Shown in pieces: positions 11,450-25,300 of a stretch of 64,000 nucleotides of DNA. Origin of the DNA: Eledone cirrhosa (taxonomy: Eukaryota); NCBI GenBank assembly GCA_964016885.1, contig OZ024743.1, forward strand, positions 139,128,001 through 139,192,000, read 5' to 3'. The position numbers and the translations under genes are program-made. Below the pieces are notes generated by a model. The model saw nothing but the letters and a program-made list of their open reading frames with translations, searched no databases and had not been told where the DNA came from. The stretch's first letter is position 1, and the number at the start of each line of letters is the position of its first letter.

Positions 11450-13800
11450 TTTGTGCTTGGTGCTTGGCGTTTGGTGTTTGGTGCTAGGGGCTTGGTGCTT
11501 GATGCTTGGTGTTTGGTGCTTGGTGCTTGCTGTTTGGTGTTTGGTGCTTGGTGCCTGGGGCTTGTTGTTTGGTGTTTGGTGCTTAGTGCTTGGTGTTTGG
11601 TGTTTGGTGCTTGGTGCTTGGTGGCTGGTGCTTGGTGCTTGGTGTTTGGAGTTTGGTGCTTCGTGCTTGGTGCCTGGTGTTTCGTGCTTGGTGATTGGTG
11701 CTTGGTGTTTGGTGTTTGGTGTTTGGTGTTTGGTGTTTGGTACTTGGTGCTTGGTGCTTGGTGTTTGGTGCTTGGTGTTTGGTGATTGGTGCTTGGTGCT
11801 TGGTGCTTGGTGCTTGGTGTTAGGTGTTTGGTCCTTGGTGCTTGTTGTTTGGTGTTTTGTGCTTGGTGCTTGGCGTTTGGTGTTTGGTGCTAGAGGCTTG
11901 GTGCTTGATGCTTGGTGTTTGGTGCTTGGTGCTTGCTGTTTGGTGTTTGGTGCTTGGTGCGTGGGACTTAGTGTTTGGTGTTTGGTGCTTGGTGTTTGGT
12001 GCTTGGTGTTTGGTGCTTGGTGCTTGGTGTTTGGTGTTTGGTGCTTAGTGCTTGGGGCTTGGTGTTTGGTGCTTGGTGTTTGGTGTTTGGTGCTTGGTGC
12101 TTGGTGTTTGGCGCTTGGTGCTTGGTGCTTGGTGTTTGGTGCTTGGTGCTTGGTGCTTGGTGCTTGGTGATTAGTGTTTGGTGCTTGGTGCTTGGTGCCT
12201 GGTGCTTGGTGCTTGGTGCTTGTTGTTTGGTGCTTGGTGTTTGGTGCTTGGTGCTTGGTGCTGGGTGGTTGGTGTTTGGTGTTTGGTGCTTGGTGCTTGG
12301 TGCTTATTGTTTGGATCTTGGTGCTTGGTGCTTGGTGCTTGGTCTTTGGTGCTTGGTGTTTGGTGTTTGGTACTTGGGGCCTGGTGTTTGGTGCTTGGTG
12401 CTTGGTGCTGGGTGTTTGGTGCTTGGTGCTTGGTGTTTGGTGCTTGGTGCTTGGTGCCTGGTGTTTGGTCCTTGGTGCTTGGTGCTTGGTGCTTGGTGCT
12501 TGCTGTTTGGTGTTTGGTGTTTGGTTCTTGGTGCTTGGTGTTTGGTGTTTGGTGTTTGGTGCCTGGTGCTTGGTGCTTGGTGTTTGGTGCTTGGTGCTTG
12601 GTGATTAGTGTTTGGTGATTGGTGCTTGGGGTTTGGTGTTTGGTGCTTGGTGTTTGGTGCTTGGGGTTTGGTGTTTGGTGCTTGGTGTTTGGTGCTTGGT
12701 GTTTGGTGCTTGCTGTTTGGTGTTTGGTTCTTGGTGCTTGGTGTTTGGTGTTTGGTGTTTGGTGCTTGGTGCTTGGTGCTTGGTGTTTGGTGCTTGGTGC
12801 TTGGTGCTTGGTGTTTGGTGCTGCGTGCTTGGTGTTTGGTGCTTGGTGTTTGGTGCTTGGTGCTTGGTGCTTGGTGCTTGGCGTTTGGTGTTTGGTGCTA
12901 GGGGCTTGGTGCTTGATGCTTGGTGTTTGGTGCTTGGTGCTTGCTGTTTGGTGTTTGGTGCTTGGTGCCTGGGGCTTGTTGTTTGGTGTTTGGTGCTTAG
13001 TGCTTGGTGTTTGGTGTTTGGTGCTTGGTGCTTGGTGGCTGGTGCTTGGTGCTTGGTGTTTGGAGTTTGGTGCTTCGTGCTTGGTGCCTGGTGTTTCGTG
13101 CTTGGTGATTGGTGCTTGGTGTTTGGTGTTTGGTGTTTGGTGTTTGGTGTTTGGTACTTGGTGCTTGGTGCTTGGTGTTTGGTGCTTGGTGTTTGGTGAT
13201 TGGTGCTTGGTGCTTGGTGCTTGGTGCTTGGTGTTAGGTGTTTGGTCCTTGGTGCTTGTTGTTTGGTGTTTTGTGCTTGGTGCTTGGCGTTTGGTGTTTG
13301 GTGCTAGAGGCTTGGTGCTTGATGCTTGGTGTTTGGTGCTTGGTGCTTGCTGTTTGGTGTTTGGTGCTTGGTGCGTGGGACTTAGTGTTTGGTGTTTGGT
13401 GCTTGGTGTTTGGTGCTTGGTGTTTGGTGCTTGGTGCTTGGTGTTTGGTGTTTGGTGCTTAGTGCTTGGGGCTTGGTGTTTGGTGCTTGGTGTTTGGTGT
13501 TTGGTGCTTGGTGCTTGGTGTTTGGCGCTTGGTGCTTGGTGCTTGGTGTTTGGTGCTTGGTGCTTGGTGCTTGGTGCTTGGTGATTAGTGTTTGGTGCTT
13601 GGTGCTTGGTGCCTGGTGCTTGGTGCTTGGTGCTTGTTGTTTGGTGCTTGGTGTTTGGTGCTTGGTGCTTGGTGCTGGGTGGTTGGTGTTTGGTGTTTGG
13701 TGCTTGGTGCTTGGTGCTTATTGTTTGGATCTTGGTGCTTGGTGCTTGGTGCTTGGTCTTTGGTGCTTGGTGTTTGGTGTTTGGTACTTGGGGCCTGGTG
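11450..13800 (+). repeat. Duplication with 1414-bp (202-unit) offset
   Basis: Private variants GCTAGAGGC (about 11889 and 13303) and TTGGATCTTGG (about 12311 and 13725). ORF pairs 11824/13238, 11975/13389 and 12174/13588. Confidence 0.9.
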
Positions 13801-16800
13801 TTTGGCGCTTGGTGCTTGGTGCTTGGTGTTTGGTGCTTGGTGTTTGGTGCTTGGTGATTAGTGTTTGGTGCTTGGTGCTTGGTGCCTGGTGCTTGGTGCT
13901 TGGTGCTTGATGTTTGGTGCTTGGTGCTTGGTGATTAGTGTTTGGTGCTTGGTGCATTGGGTTTGGTGTTTGGTGCTTGGGGTTTGGTGTTTGGTGCTTG
14001 GTGCTTGGTGTTTGGTGCTTGGTGCTTGGTGTTTGGTGCTTGGTGCTTTGTGTTTGGTGCTTGGTGTTTGGTGCTTGGTGATTGGTGCTTGGTTCTTGGT
14101 GTTAGGTGTTTGGTGCTTGGTGATTGGTGTTTGATGTTAGGTTCTTGGTGCTTGGTGTTTGGTGTTTGGTGCTTGGTGCTTGGTGTTTGGTGCTTGCTGC
14201 TTGGTGCTTGGTGTTTTGTGTTTGCAGTTTGGTGCTTGGTGTTTGGTGCTTCGGTCTTGGTGTTTGGTGTTTGGTGCTTGGTGCCTGGGGCTTGTTGTTT
14301 GGTGTTTGGTGCTTAGTGCTTGGTGTTTGGTGTTTGGTGCTTGGTGCTTGGTGGCTGGTGCTTGGTGCTTGGTGTTTGCAGTTTGGTGCTTGGTGCTTGG
14401 TGCCTGGTGTTTCGTGCTTGGTGCTTGGTGCTTGGTGTTTGGTGTTTGGTGCTTGGTGTTTGGTGTTTGGTACTTGGTGCTTGGTGCTTGGTGTTTGGTG
14501 CTTGGTGTTTGGTGCTTGGTGCTTGGTGCTTGGTGCTTGGTGTTTGATGTTTGGTCCTTGGTGCTTGTTGTTTGGTGTTTGGTGCTTCGTGCTTGGTGTT
14601 TGGTGTTTGGTGCTTGCTGCTTGCTGCTTGGTGTTTGGTGCTTGGTGATTGGTGCTTGGTGTTTTGTGCTTGGTGCTTGGTGTTTGGTGTTTGCCGCTAG
14701 GGGCTTGGTGCTTGATGCTTGGTGTGTGGTGCTTGGTGCTTGCTGTTTGGTGTTTGGTGCTTGTGCGTGGGACTTAGTGTTTGGTGTTTGTTGCTTGGTG
14801 TTTGGTGCTTGGTGCTTGGTGTTTGGTGTTTGGTGCTTGGTGCTTGGGGCTTGGTCTTTGGTGCTTAGTGTTTGGTGCTTGGTGTTTGGTGCTTGGTGCT
14901 TGGTGCCTGGTGTTTGGTGTTTGGTGTTTGGTGCTTGGTGTTTGGTGCTTGGTGCTTGGTGCTGGGTGGTTGGTGTTTGGTGTTTGGTGCTTGGTGCTTG
15001 GTGCTTATTGTTTGGTGCTTGGTGCTTGGTGCTTGGTGCTTGGTCTTTGGTGCTTGGTGTTTGGTGTTTGGTGCTTGGTGCCTGGTGTTTGGCGCTTGGT
15101 GCTTGGTGCTTGGTGTTTGGTGCTTGGTGTTTGGTGCTTGGTGATTAGTGTTTGGTGCTTGGTGCTTGGTGCCTGGTGCTTGGTGCTTGGTGCTTGATGT
15201 TTGGTGCTTGGTGCTTGGTGATTAGTGTTTGGTGCTTGGTGCTTGGTGTTTGGTGCTTGGTGCTTGGTGTTTGGTGCTTGGTGCTTTGTGTTTGGTGCTT
15301 GGTGTTTGGTGCTTGGTGCTTGGTGCTTGGTGCTTGGTGTTAGGTGTTTGGTGCTTGATGATTGGTGTTTGATGTTAGGTTCTTGGTGATTGGTGTTTGG
15401 TGTTTGGTGCTTGGTGCTTGGTGTTTGGTGTTTGGTGCTTGCTGCTTGGTGCTTGGTGTTTTGTGTTTGGATTTTGGTGCTTGGTGTTTGGTGCTTCGGT
15501 CTTGGTGTTTGGTGTTTGGTGCTTGGTGCTTGGTGTTTGGTGTTTGGTGCCTGGTGCTTGGTGTTCGGTGCTTGGTGTTTGGTGTTTGGTGATTGGTGCT
15601 TGTTGTTTGGTGCTTGGTGCTTGGTGCTTGGTGCTTGGTGTTAGGCGTTTGGTCCTTGGTGCTTGGTGTTTGTTGTTTGGTCCATTGTGCTTGGTGTTTG
15701 GTATTTTGTGCTTGGTGCTTGGTGTTTGGTGCTTGGTGCTTGGTGTTTGGTGCTTGGTGCTTGGTGCCTGGTGTTTGGTCCTTGGTGCTTGGTGCTTGGT
15801 ACTTGGTGCTTGCTGTTTGGTGTTTGGTGTTTGGTTCTTGGTGCTTGGTGTTTGGTGTTTGGTGTTTGGTGCTTGGTGCTTGGTGCTTGGTGTTTGGTGC
15901 TTGGTGCTTGGTGATTAGTGTTTGGTGATTGGTGCTTGGGGTTTGGTGTTTGGTGCTTGGTGTTTGGTGCTTGGTGCTTGCTGTTTGGTGTTTGGTTCTT
16001 GGTGCTTGGTGTTTGGTGTTTCGTGTTTGGTGCTTGGTGCTTGGTGCTTGGTGTTTGGTGCTTGGTGCTTGGTGCTTGGTGTTTGGTGCTGCGTGCTTGG
16101 TGTTTGGTGCTTGGTGTTTGGTGCTTGGTGCTTGGTGCTTGGTGCTTGGTGTTTGGTGATTGGTGCTTGGTGCTTGGTGCTTGGTGCTTGGTGTTAGGTG
16201 TTTGGTCCTTGGTGCTTGTTGTTTGGTGTTTTGTGCTTGGTGCTTGGCGTTTGGTGTTTGGTGCTAGGGGCTTGGTGCTTGATGCTTGGTGTTTGGTGCT
16301 TGGTGCTTGCTGTTTGGTGTTTGGTGCTTGGTGCCTGGGGCTTGTTGTTTGGTGTTTGGCGCTTAGTGCTTGGTGTTTGGTGTTTGGTGCTTGGTGCTTG
16401 GTGGCTGGTGCTTGGTGCTTGGTGTTTGGAGTTTGGTGCTTGGTGCTTGGTGCCTGGTGTTTCGTGCTTGGTGATTGGTGCTTGGTGTTTGGTGTTTGGT
16501 GTTTCGTGTTTGGTGTTTGGTACTTGGTGCTTGGTGCTTGGTGTTTGGTGCTTGGTGTTTGGTGATTGGTGCTTGGTGCTTGGTGCTTGGTGCTTGGTGT
16601 TAGGTGTTTGGTCCTTGGTGCTTGTTGTTTGGTGTTTTGTGCTTGGTGCTTGGCGTTTGGTGTTTGGTGCTAGGGGCTTGGTGCTTGATGCTTGGTGTTT
16701 GGTGCTTGGTGCTTGCTGTTTGGTGTTTGGTGCTTGGTGCGTGGGACTTAGTGTTTGGTGTTTGGTGCTTGGTGTTTGGTGCTTGGTGTTTGGTGCTTGG

Positions 16801-19110
16801 TGCTTGGTGTTTGGTGTTTGGTGCTTAGTGCTTGGGGCTTGGTGTTTGGTGCTTGGTGTTTGGTGTTTGGTGCTTGGTGCTTGGTGTTTGGCGCTTGGTG
16901 CTTGGTGCTTGGTGTTTGGTGCTTGGTGCTTGGTGCTTGGTGCTTGGTGATTAGTGTTTGGAGCTTGGTGCTTGGTGCCTGGTGCTTGGTGCTTGGTGCT
17001 TGTTGTTTGGTGCTTGGTGTTTGGTGCTTGTGCTTGGTGCTGGGTGGTTGGTGTTTGGTGTTTGGTGCTTGGTGCTTGGTGCTTATTGTTTGGTGCTTGG
17101 TGCTTGGTGCTTGGTGCTTGGTCTTTGGTGCTTGGTGTTTGGTGTTTGGTACTTGGGGCCTGGTGTTTGGCGCTTGGTGCCTGGTGCTTGGTGTTTGGTG
17201 CTTGGTGTTTGGTGCTTGGTGATTAGTGTTTGGTGCTTGGTGCTTGGTGCCTGGTGCTTGGTGCTTGGTGCTTGATGTTTGGTGCTTGGTGCTTGGTGAT
17301 TAGTGTTTGGTGCTTGGTGCTTTGGGTTTGGTGTTTGGTGCTTGGGGTTTGGTGTTTGGTGCTTGGTGCTTGGTGTTTGGTGCTTGGTGCTTGGTGTTTG
17401 GTTCTTGGTGCTTTGTGTTTGGTGCTTGGTGTTTGGTGCTTGGTGCTTGGTGCTTGGTTCTTGGTGTTAGGTGTTTGGTGCTTGGTGATTGGTGTTTGAT
17501 GTTAGGTTCTTGGTGCTTGGTGTTTGGTGTTTGGTGCTTGGTGCTTGGTGTTTGGTGTTTGGTGCTTGCTGCTTGGTGCTTGGTGTTTTGTGTTTGCAGT
17601 TTGGTGCTTGGTGTTTGGTGCTTCGGTCTTGGTGTTTGGTGTTTGGTGCTTGGTGCCTGGGGCTTGTTGTTTGGTGTTTGGTGCTTAGTGCTTGGTGTTT
17701 GGTGTTTGGTGCTTGGTGCTTGGTGGCTGGTGCTTGGTGCTTGGTGTTTGCAGTTTGGTGCTTGGTGCTTGGTGCCTGGTGTTTCGTGCTTGGTGCTTGG
17801 TGCTTGGTGTTTGGTGTTTGGTGCTTGGTGTTTGGTGTTTGGTACTTGGTGCTTGGTGCTTGGTGTTTGGTGCTTGGTGTTTGGTGCTTGGTGCTTGGTG
17901 CTTGGTGCTTGGTGTTTGATGTTTGGTCCTTGGTGCTTGTTGTTTGGTGTTTGGTGCTTCGTGCTTGGTGTTTGGTGTTTGGTGCTTGCTGCTTGCTGCT
18001 TGGTGTTTGGTGCTTGGTGATTGGTGCTTGGTGTTTTGTGCTTGGTGCTTGGTGTTTGGTGTTTGCTGCTAGGGGCTTGGTGCTTGATGCTTGGTGTGTG
18101 GTGCTTGGTGCTTGCTGTTTGGTGTTTGGTGCTTGGTGCGTGGGACTTAGTGTTTGGTGTTTGGTGCTTGGTGTTTGGTGCTTGGTGTTTGGTGCTTGGT
18201 GCTTGGTGTTTGGTGTTTGGTGCTTGGTGCTTGGGGCTTGGTCTTTGGTGCTTAGTGTTTGGTGCTTGGTGTTTGGTGCTTGGTGCTTGGTGCCTGGTGT
18301 TTGGTGTTTGGTGTTTGGTGCTTGGTGTTTGGCGCTTGGTGCTTGGTGCTGGGTGGTTGGTGTTTGGTGTTTGGTGCTTGGTGCTTGGTGCTTATTGTTT
18401 GGTGCTTGGTGCTTGGTGCTTGGTGCTTGGTCTTTGGTGCTTGGTGTTTGGTGTTTGGTGCTTGGTGCCTGGTGTTTGGCGCTTGGTGCTTGGTGCTTGG
18501 TGTTTGGTGCTTGGTGTTTGGTGCTTGGTGATTAGTGTTTGGTGCTTGGTGCTTGGTGCCTGGTGCTTGGTGCTTGGTGCTTGATGTTTGGTGCTTGGTG
18601 CTTGGTGATTAGTGTTTGGTGCTTGGTGCTTGGTGTTTGGTGCTTGGTGCTTGGTGTTTGGTGCTTGGTGCTTTGTGTTTGGTGCTTGGTGTTTGGTGCT
18701 TGGTGCTTGGTGCTTGGTGCTTGGTGTTAGGTGTTTGGTGCTTGATGATTGGTGTTTGATGTTAGGTTCTTGGTGATTGGTGTTTGGTGTTTGGTGCTTG
18801 GTGCTAGGTGTTTGGTGTTTGGTGCTTGCTGCTTGGTGCTTGGTGTTTTGTGTTTGGATTTTGGTGCTTGGTGTTTGGTGCTTCGGTCTTGGTGTTTGGT
18901 GTTTGGTGCTTGGTGCTTGGTGTTTGGTGTTTGGTGCCTGGTGCTTGGTGTTCGGTGCTTGGTGTTTGGTGTTTGGTGATTGGTGCTTGTTGTTTGGTGC
19001 TTGGTGCTTGGTGCTTGGTGCTTGGTGTTAGGCGTTTGGTCCTTGGTGCTTGGTGTTTGTTGTTTGGTCCATTGTGCTTGGTGTTTGGTATTTTGTGCTT
19101 GGTGCTTGGT
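12870..19110 (+). repeat. About 3.37-kb higher-order duplication (about 12.9-15.7 kb repeated at about 16.2-19.1 kb), also related to about 0.3-3.3 kb
   Basis: ORF pairs 13238/16604 (3366), 13865/17230 (3365), 14320/17692 (3372) and 15362/18749 (3387). The rare variant GTCCATTGTGC is shared at about 3201, 15680 and 19067. Confidence 0.87.
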
Positions 19111-19399
19111 GTTTGGTGCTTGGTGTTTGGTGTTTGGTGCTTGCTGCTTGCTGCTTGGTGTTTGGTGCTTGCTGCTTGCTGCTTGGTGTTTGGTGCTAGG
19201 GGCTTGGTGCTTGGTGTTTCGTGCTTGGTGTTTGGTGTTTGGTGCTTGGTGCGTGGGACTTGGTGTTTGGTGCTTGGTGTTTGGTGCTTGGTGTTTGGTG
19301 CTTGGTGCCTGGTGCTTGGTGTTTGGTGTTTGGTGCTTGGTGTTTGGTGCTTGTTATTTGGTGCTTGGTGTTCGGTGCTTGGTGCTTGGTGCTTGGTGC

Positions 19400-22300
19400 T
19401 TGGTGTTTGGTGTTTGGTGCTTGGTGCTTGGTGTTTGATGTTTGGTCCTTGGTGCTTGGTGTTTGGTGTTGTGTGCTTGGTGCTTGGTGTTTGGCGTTTG
19501 CTGTTTGCTGTTTGGTGGTTGGTGTTTGCTGTTTGGTGTTTGCTGTTTGGTGTTTGGTGTTTGGTGCTTGCTGTTTGGTGCTTGGTGCTTGGTGTTTGGT
19601 GTTTGGTGCTTGGTGTTTGGTGCTTGGTGCTTGGTGCTGGGTGTTTGGTGCTTGGTGCTTGGTGTTTGGTGCTTGGTGCTTGGTGCTTGGTGTTTGGTCC
19701 TTGGTGCTTGGTGCTTGGTCTTTGGTGCTTGGGTTTTGGTGTTTGGTGCTTGGTGCTTGGTGTTTGGTGCTTGGTGCTTGGTGCTTGGTGTTTGGTGCTT
19801 GCTGCTTGGTGCTTGGTGTTTGGTGCTTGGTGCTTGGTGATTAGTGTTTGGTGATTGGTGCTTGGGGTTTGGTGTTTGGGGCTTGGTGTTTGGTGCTTGG
19901 TGCTTGCTGTTTGGTGTTTGGTGTTTGGTTCTTGGTGCTTGGTGTTTGGTATTTGGTGTTTGGTGCTTGGTGCTTGGTGCTTGGTGTTTGGTGCTTGGTG
20001 CTTGGTGCTTGGTGTTTGGTGCTGCGTGCTTGGTGTTTGGTGTTTGGTGCTTGGTGCCTGGGGCTTGTTGTTTGGTGTTTGGTGCTTAGTGCTTGGTGTT
20101 TGGTGTTTGGTGCTTGGTGCTTGGTGGCTGGTGCTTGGTGCTTGGTGTTTGGAGTTTGGTGCTTGGTGCTTGGTGTCTGGTGTTTCGTGCTTGGTGCTTG
20201 GTGCTTGGTGTTTGGTGTTTGGTGCTTGGTGTTTGGTGCTTGGTGTTTGGTGCTTGGTTCTTGGTGCTTGGTGTTAGGTGTTTGGTGCTTGGTGCTTGGT
20301 GTTTGATGTTTGGTCCTTGGTGCTTGTTGTTTGGTGTTTGGTGCTTGGTGCTTGGTGTTTGGTGTTTGGTGCTTGCTGCTTGCTGCTTGGTGTTTGGTGC
20401 TTGGTGATTGGTGCTTGGTGTTTTATGCTTGGTGCTTGGTGTTTGGTGTTTGGTGCTAGGGGCTTGGTGCTTGATGCTTGATGTTTGGTGCTTGGTGCGT
20501 GCTGTTTGGTGTTTGGTGCTTGGTGCGTGGGACTTAGTGTTTGGTGTTTGGTGCTTGGTGTTTTGTGCTTGGTGTTTGGTGCTTGGTGCTTGGTGTTTGG
20601 TGTCTGGTGCTTGGTGCTTCGGGCTTGGTGTTTGGTGCTTAGTGTTTGGTGCTTGGTGTTTGGTGCTTGGTGCTTGGTGCTTGGTGTTTGGTGTATGGTG
20701 TTTGGTGCTTGTTGTTTGGTGCTTGGTGCTTGGTGATTAGTGTTTGGTGCTTGGTGCTTGCGGTTTGGTGTTTGGTGCTTGGGGTTTGGTGTTTGGTGCT
20801 TGGTGCTTGGTGCTTGGTCTTTGGTGCTTGGTGTTTGGTGTTTGGTGCTTGGTGCTTGGTGTTTGGTGTTTGGTGCTTGCTGCTTGCTGCTTGGTGTTTG
20901 GTGCTAGGGGCTTGGTGCTTGGTGTTTCGTGTTTGGTGCTTGGTGCTTGGTGTTTGGTGTTTGGTGCTTGGTGCGTGGGACTTGGTGTTTGGTGCTTGGT
21001 GTTTGGTGCTTGGTGTTTGGTGCTTGTTGTTTGGTGTTTGGTGTTCGGTGCTTGGTGCTTGGTGCCTGGTGCTTGGTGTTTGGTGTTTGGTGCTTGGTGT
21101 TTGGTGCTTGTTGTTTGGTGTTTGGTGTTCGGTGCTTGGTGCTTGGTGCTTGGTGCTTGGTGTTTGGTGTTTGGTGCTTGGTGCTTGGTGTTTGATGTTT
21201 GGTCCTTGGTGCTTGGTGTTTGGTGTTGTGTGCTTGGTGCTTGGTGCTTGGTGTTTGGTGCTTGGTGCTTGGTGTTGGTGTTTGGTGTTTGCTGTTTGCT
21301 GTTTGGTGGTTGGTGTTTGCTGTTTGGTGTTTGCTGTTTGGTGTTTGGTGTTTGGTGCTTGCTGTTTGGTGCTTGGTGCTTGGTGTTTGGTGTTTGGTGC
21401 TTGGTGTTTGGTGCTTGGTGCTTGGTGCTGGGTGTTTGGTGCTTGGTGCTTGGTGTTTGGTGCTTGGTGCTTGGTGCTTGGTGTTTGGTCCTTGGTGCTT
21501 GGTGCTTGGTCTTTGGTGCTTGGGTTTTGGTGTTTGGTGCTTGGTGCTTGGTGTTTGGTGCTTGGTGCTTGGTGCTTGGTGTTTGGTGCTTGCTGCTTGG
21601 TGCTTGGTGTTTGGTGCTTGGTGCTTGGTGATTAGTGTTTGGTGATTGGTGCTTGGGGTTTGGTGTTTGGGGCTTGGTGTTTGGTGCTTGGTGCTTGCTG
21701 TTTGGTGTTTGGTGTTTGGTTCTTGGTGCTTGGTGTTTGGTATTTGGTGTTTGGTGCTTGGTGCTTGGTGCTTGGTGTTTGGTGCTTGGTGCTTGGTGCT
21801 TGGTGTTTGGTGCTGCGTGCTTGGTGTTTGGTGTTTGGTGCTTGGTGCCTGGGGCTTGTTGTTTGGTGTTTGGTGCTTAGTGCTTGGTGTTTGGTGTTTG
21901 GTGCTTGGTGCTTAGTGGCTGGTGCTTGGTGCTTGGTGTTTGGAGTTTGGTGCTTGGTGCTTGGTGTCTGGTGTTTCGTGCTTGGTGCTTGGTGCTTGGT
22001 GTTTGGTGTTTGGTGCTTGGTGTTTGGTGCTTGGTGTTTGGTGCTTGGTTCTTGGTGCTTGGTGTTAGGTGTTTGGTGCTTGGTGCTTGGTGTTTGATGT
22101 TTGGTCCTTGGTGCTTGTTGTTTGGTGTTTGGTGCTTGGTGATTGGTGTTTGGTGTTTGGTGCTTGCTGCTTGCTGCTTGGTGTTTGGTGCTTGGTGATT
22201 GGTGCTTGGTGTTTTATGCTTGGTGCTTGGTGTTTGGTGTTTGGTGCTAGGGACTTGGTGCTTGATGCTTGATGTTTGGTGCTTGGTGCTTGCTGTTTGG

Positions 22301-25300
22301 TGTTTGGTGCTTGGTGCGTGGGACTTAGTGTTTGGTGTTTGGTGCTTGGTGTTTTGTGCTTGGTGTTTGGTGCTTGGTGCTTGGTGTTTGGTGTTTGGTG
22401 CTTGGTGCTTGGGGCTTGGTGTTTGGTGCTTAGTGTTTGGTGCTTGGTGTTTGGTGCTTGGTGCTTGGTGCTTGGTGTTTGGTGCTTGGTGCTTGGTGAT
22501 TAGTGTTTGGTGCTTGGTGCTTGCGGTTTGGTGTTTGGTGCTTGGGGTTTGGTGTTTGGTGCTTGGTGCTTGGTGCTTGGTCTTTGGTGCTTGGTGTTTG
22601 GTGTTTGGTGCTTGGTGCTTGGTGTTTGGCGCTTGGTGCTTGGTGCTTGGTGTTTGGTGCTTGGTGCTTGGTGCTTGGTGATTAGTGTTTGGTGCTTGGT
22701 GCTTGGTGCCTGGTGCTTGGTGCTTGGTGCTTGTTGTTTGGTGCTTGGTGCTTGGTGATTAGTGTTTGGTGCTTGGTGCTTGGGGTTTGGTGTTTGGTGC
22801 TTGGGGTTTGGTGTTTGGTGCTTGGTGCATGGTGTTTGGTGCTTGGTGCTTGGTGTTTGGTGCTTGGTGCTTTGTGTTTGGTGCTTGGTGTTTGGTGCTT
22901 GGTGCTTGGTGCTTGGTGCTTGGTGTTAGGTGTTTGGTGCTTGGTGATTGGTGTTTGATGTTAGGTTCTTGGTGCTTGGTGTTTGGTGTTTGGTGCTTGG
23001 TGCTTGGTGTTTGGTGTTTGGTGCTTGCTGCTTGGTGCTTGGTGTTTTGTGTTTGGAGTTTGGTGCTTGGTGTTTGCTGCTTGGTGCTTGGTGTTTGGTG
23101 TTTGGTGCCTGGTGCTTGGTGTTTGGTGCTTGGTGTTTGGTGTTTGGTGATTGGTGCTTGGTGTTTGGTGCTTGGTGCATGGTGCTTGGTGCTTGGTGTT
23201 AGGCGTTTGGTGCTTGGTGCTTGGTGTTTGATGTTTGGTCCTTGGTGCTTGGTGATTGGTATTTGGTGCTTGGTGCTTGGTGTTTGGTGTTTGGTGCTTG
23301 CTGCTTGCTGCTTGGTGTTTGGTGCTAGGGGCTTGGTGCTTGGTGTTTGATGTTTGGTCCTTGGTGCTTGGTGTTTGGTATTTGGTGCTTGGTGCTTGGT
23401 GTTTGGTGTTTGGTGCTTGCTGCTTGCTGCTTGGTGTTTGGTGCTAGGGGCTTGGTGTTTGGTGCTTGGTGTTTGGTGCTTGGTGTTTGGTGCTTGGTGC
23501 CTGGTGCTTGGTGTTTGGTGTTTGGTGCTTGGTGTTTGGTGCTTGGTGTTTGGTACTTGGTGTTCGGTGCTTGGTGCTTGGTGCTTGGTGTTTGGTGCTT
23601 GGTGCTTGGTGCTTGGTGCTTGGTGTTTGATGTTTGGTCCTTGGTGCTTGGTGTTTGGTGTTGTGTGCTTGGGGCTTGGTGCTTGGTGTTTGGTGCTTGG
23701 TGCTTGGTGCTTGGTGTTTGGCGTTTGCTGTTTGCTGTTTGGTGTTTGGTGTTTGCTGTTTGGTGTTTGCTGTTTGGTGTTTGGTGTTTGGTGCTTGCTG
23801 TTTGGTGCTTGGTGCTTGGTGTTTGGTGTTTGGTGCTTGGTGTTTGGTGCTTGGTGCTTGGTGCTGGGTGTTTGGTGCTTGGTGCTTGGTGTTTGGTGCT
23901 TGGTGCTTGGTGCTTGGTGTTTGGTCCTTGGTGCTTGGTGCTTGGTGTTTGGTGCTTGGGTTTTGGTGTTTGGTGCTTGGTGCTTGGTGTTTGGTGCTTG
24001 GTGCTTGGGGCTTGGTGCTTGGTGTTTGGTGCTTGCTGCTTGGTGCTTGGTGTTTGGTGCTTGGTGCTTGGTGATTAGTGTTTGGTGATTGGTGCTTGGG
24101 GTTTGGTGTTTGGGGCTTGGTGTTTGGTGCTTGGTGCTTGCTGTTTGGTGTTTGGTGTTTGGTTCTTGGTGCTTGGTGTTTGGTGTTTGGTGGTTGGTGC
24201 TTGGTGCTTGGTGCTTGGTGTTTGGTGCTTGGTGCTTGGTGCTTGGTGTTTGGTGCTGCGTGCTTGGTGTTTGGTGTTTGGTGCTTGGTGCCTGGGGCTT
24301 GTTGTTTGGTGTTTGGTGCTTAGTGCTTGGTGTTTGGTGTTTGGTGCTTGGTGCTTGGTGGCTGGTGCTTGGTGCTTGGTGTTTGGAGTTTGGTGCTTGG
24401 TGCTTGGTGTCTGGTGTTTCGTGCTTGGTGCTTGGTGCTTGGTGTTTGGTGTTTGGTGCTTGGTGTTTGGTGCTTGGTGTTTGGTGCTTGGTTCTTGGTG
24501 CTTGGTGTTAGGTGTTTGGTGCTTGGTGCTTGGTGTTTGATGTTTGGTCCTTGGTGCTTGTTGTTTGGTGTTTGGTGCTTGGTGCTTGGTGTTTGGTGTT
24601 TGGTGCTTGCTGCTTGCTGCTTGGTGTTTGGTGCCTGGTGATTGGTGCTTGGTGTTTTATGCTTGGTGCTTGGTGTTTGGTGTTTGGTGCTAGGGACTTG
24701 GTGCTTGATGCTTGATGTTTGGTGCTTGGTGCTTGCTGTTTGGTGTTTGGTGCTTGGTGCGTGGGACTTAGTGTTTGGTGTTTGGTGCTTGGTGTTTTGT
24801 GCTTGGTGTTTGGTGCTTGGTGCTTGGTGTTTGGTGTTTGGTGCTTGGTGCTTGGGGCTTGGTGTTTGGTGCTTAGTGTTTGGTGCTTGGTGTTTGGTGC
24901 TTGGTGCTTGGTGCTTGGTGTTTGGTGTATGGTGTTTGGTGCTTGTTGTTTGGTGCTTGGTGCTTGGTGATTAGTGTTTGGTGCTTGGTGCTTGCGGTTT
25001 GGTGTTTGGTGCTTGGGGTTTGGTGTTTGGTGCTTGGTGCTTGGTGCTTGGTCTTTGGTGCTTGGTGTTTGGTGTTTGGTGCTTGGTGCTTGGTGTTTGG
25101 CGCTTGGTGCTTGGTGCTTGGTGTTTGGTGCTTGGTGCTTGGTGCTTGGTGATTAGTGTTTGGTGCTTGGTGCTTGGTGCCTGGTGCTTGGTGCTTGGTG
25201 CTTGTTGTTTGGTGCTTGGTGCTTGGTGATTAGTGTTTGGTGCTTGGTGCTTGGGGTTTGGTGTTTGGTGCTTGGGGTTTGGTGTTTGGTGCTTGGTGCA

